From Escherichia coli (lineage in GTDB: Bacteria; Pseudomonadota; Gammaproteobacteria; Enterobacterales; Enterobacteriaceae), in NCBI RefSeq assembly GCF_024502345.1, contig NZ_JALDNN010000003.1: a DNA stretch of 64,000 nucleotides; one strand, written 5' to 3'. This document shows positions 63,669-64,000 of the stretch, one piece after another. The translations under genes and the position numbers were made by a program. A model generated the notes under the pieces. That model was not told the origin of the DNA. It did not search any database and saw only the letters and a program-made list of their open reading frames with translations. How positions within the stretch are numbered: the first letter of the stretch is position 1; each line of letters opens with the position of its first letter.

Positions 63669-64000
63669 TTATTCCTTCACCTGATGCACAACGTCAATCA
63701 CTGAACCGTCGCGATAACGCACAACGGCAATCACGCGGTCAGTGAATTCGATAGCGCGTGGCTGACCGGTGAGTTGCTGTGTACGTTCGCGCAGCCATTC
63801 AATGGACACCACTTTCATACCGGCTTCTTTCAGTCGTTCTGCCAGTTCCGGACGTGCAGGGTTGACGGCGATACCATGGTCAGTGACCAGAATGTCAACG
63901 CTGGAGCCAGGGGTTACGCAGGTCAGCACGTTATCAACCAGCGTCGGGATGCGTCCGCGAACCAGCGGTGCGACGATGATGGAAAGCGCTGCGGCCACAG
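63669..64000 (-). CDS. citF: citrate lyase alpha subunit CitF, C-terminal part (5' end beyond window)
   Basis: Open to the window edge on the minus strand; stop at 63669 just upstream of citX; C-terminal sequence consistent with CitF. Confidence 0.8.
   Translation of the reverse strand, partial: VAAALSIIVAPLVRGRIPTLVDNVLTCVTPGSSVDILVTDHGIAVNPARPELAERLKEAGMKVVSIEWLRERTQQLTGQPRAIEFTDRVIAVVRYRDGSVIDVVHQVKE

Overview
This 64-kb window is a mosaic of three parts. (1) 1-10.5 kb: AT-rich accessory DNA of unknown function, including a same-strand array of ~310-aa ORFs each preceded by a conserved imperfect-palindrome plus Shine-Dalgarno module, several membrane/hypothetical ORFs and a Tus-like protein. 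(2) 10.5-54.6 kb: an IS-rich accessory block containing a 5'-truncated IS3-family element, three IS26 copies (one inverted and allelically distinct), an Mla/MCE-like ABC transport operon, a cyuA-like gene, a PLP-lyase gene cut by IS1, a tyrosine integrase with small accessory ORFs, a GC-rich Tn7-like tnsABCDE element contiguous with a locus-of-heat-resistance/tLPQC-like proteostasis island (HTH, sHsp20, ClpK/ClpG, PLD/cardiolipin-synthase-like, FtsH, sHsp20, YfdX x2, HdeD) that is cut by IS26, remnants of IS21/IS66/IS91 elements, Mu-like prophage end remnants (tail-fibre assembly fragment plus Gin-like invertase; c-repressor-like plus Ner-like) and GST/MBL-hydrolase genes. (3) 54.6-64 kb: Enterobacteriaceae chromosomal backbone (DMSO-reductase-family operon truncated by IS26, uspG, rnk, two extra genes, rna, citT-citG-citX-citF'). 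No rRNA, tRNA or CRISPR array was recognised. CDS coordinates are anchored to the supplied ORF track; non-coding coordinates read by eye are approximate to a few bp. The strongest candidates for an undescribed system are the hairpin-punctuated paralog array at 0.8-5 kb and the integrase-adjacent cluster at 19.4-26.4 kb; neither could be assigned a function from sequence alone.
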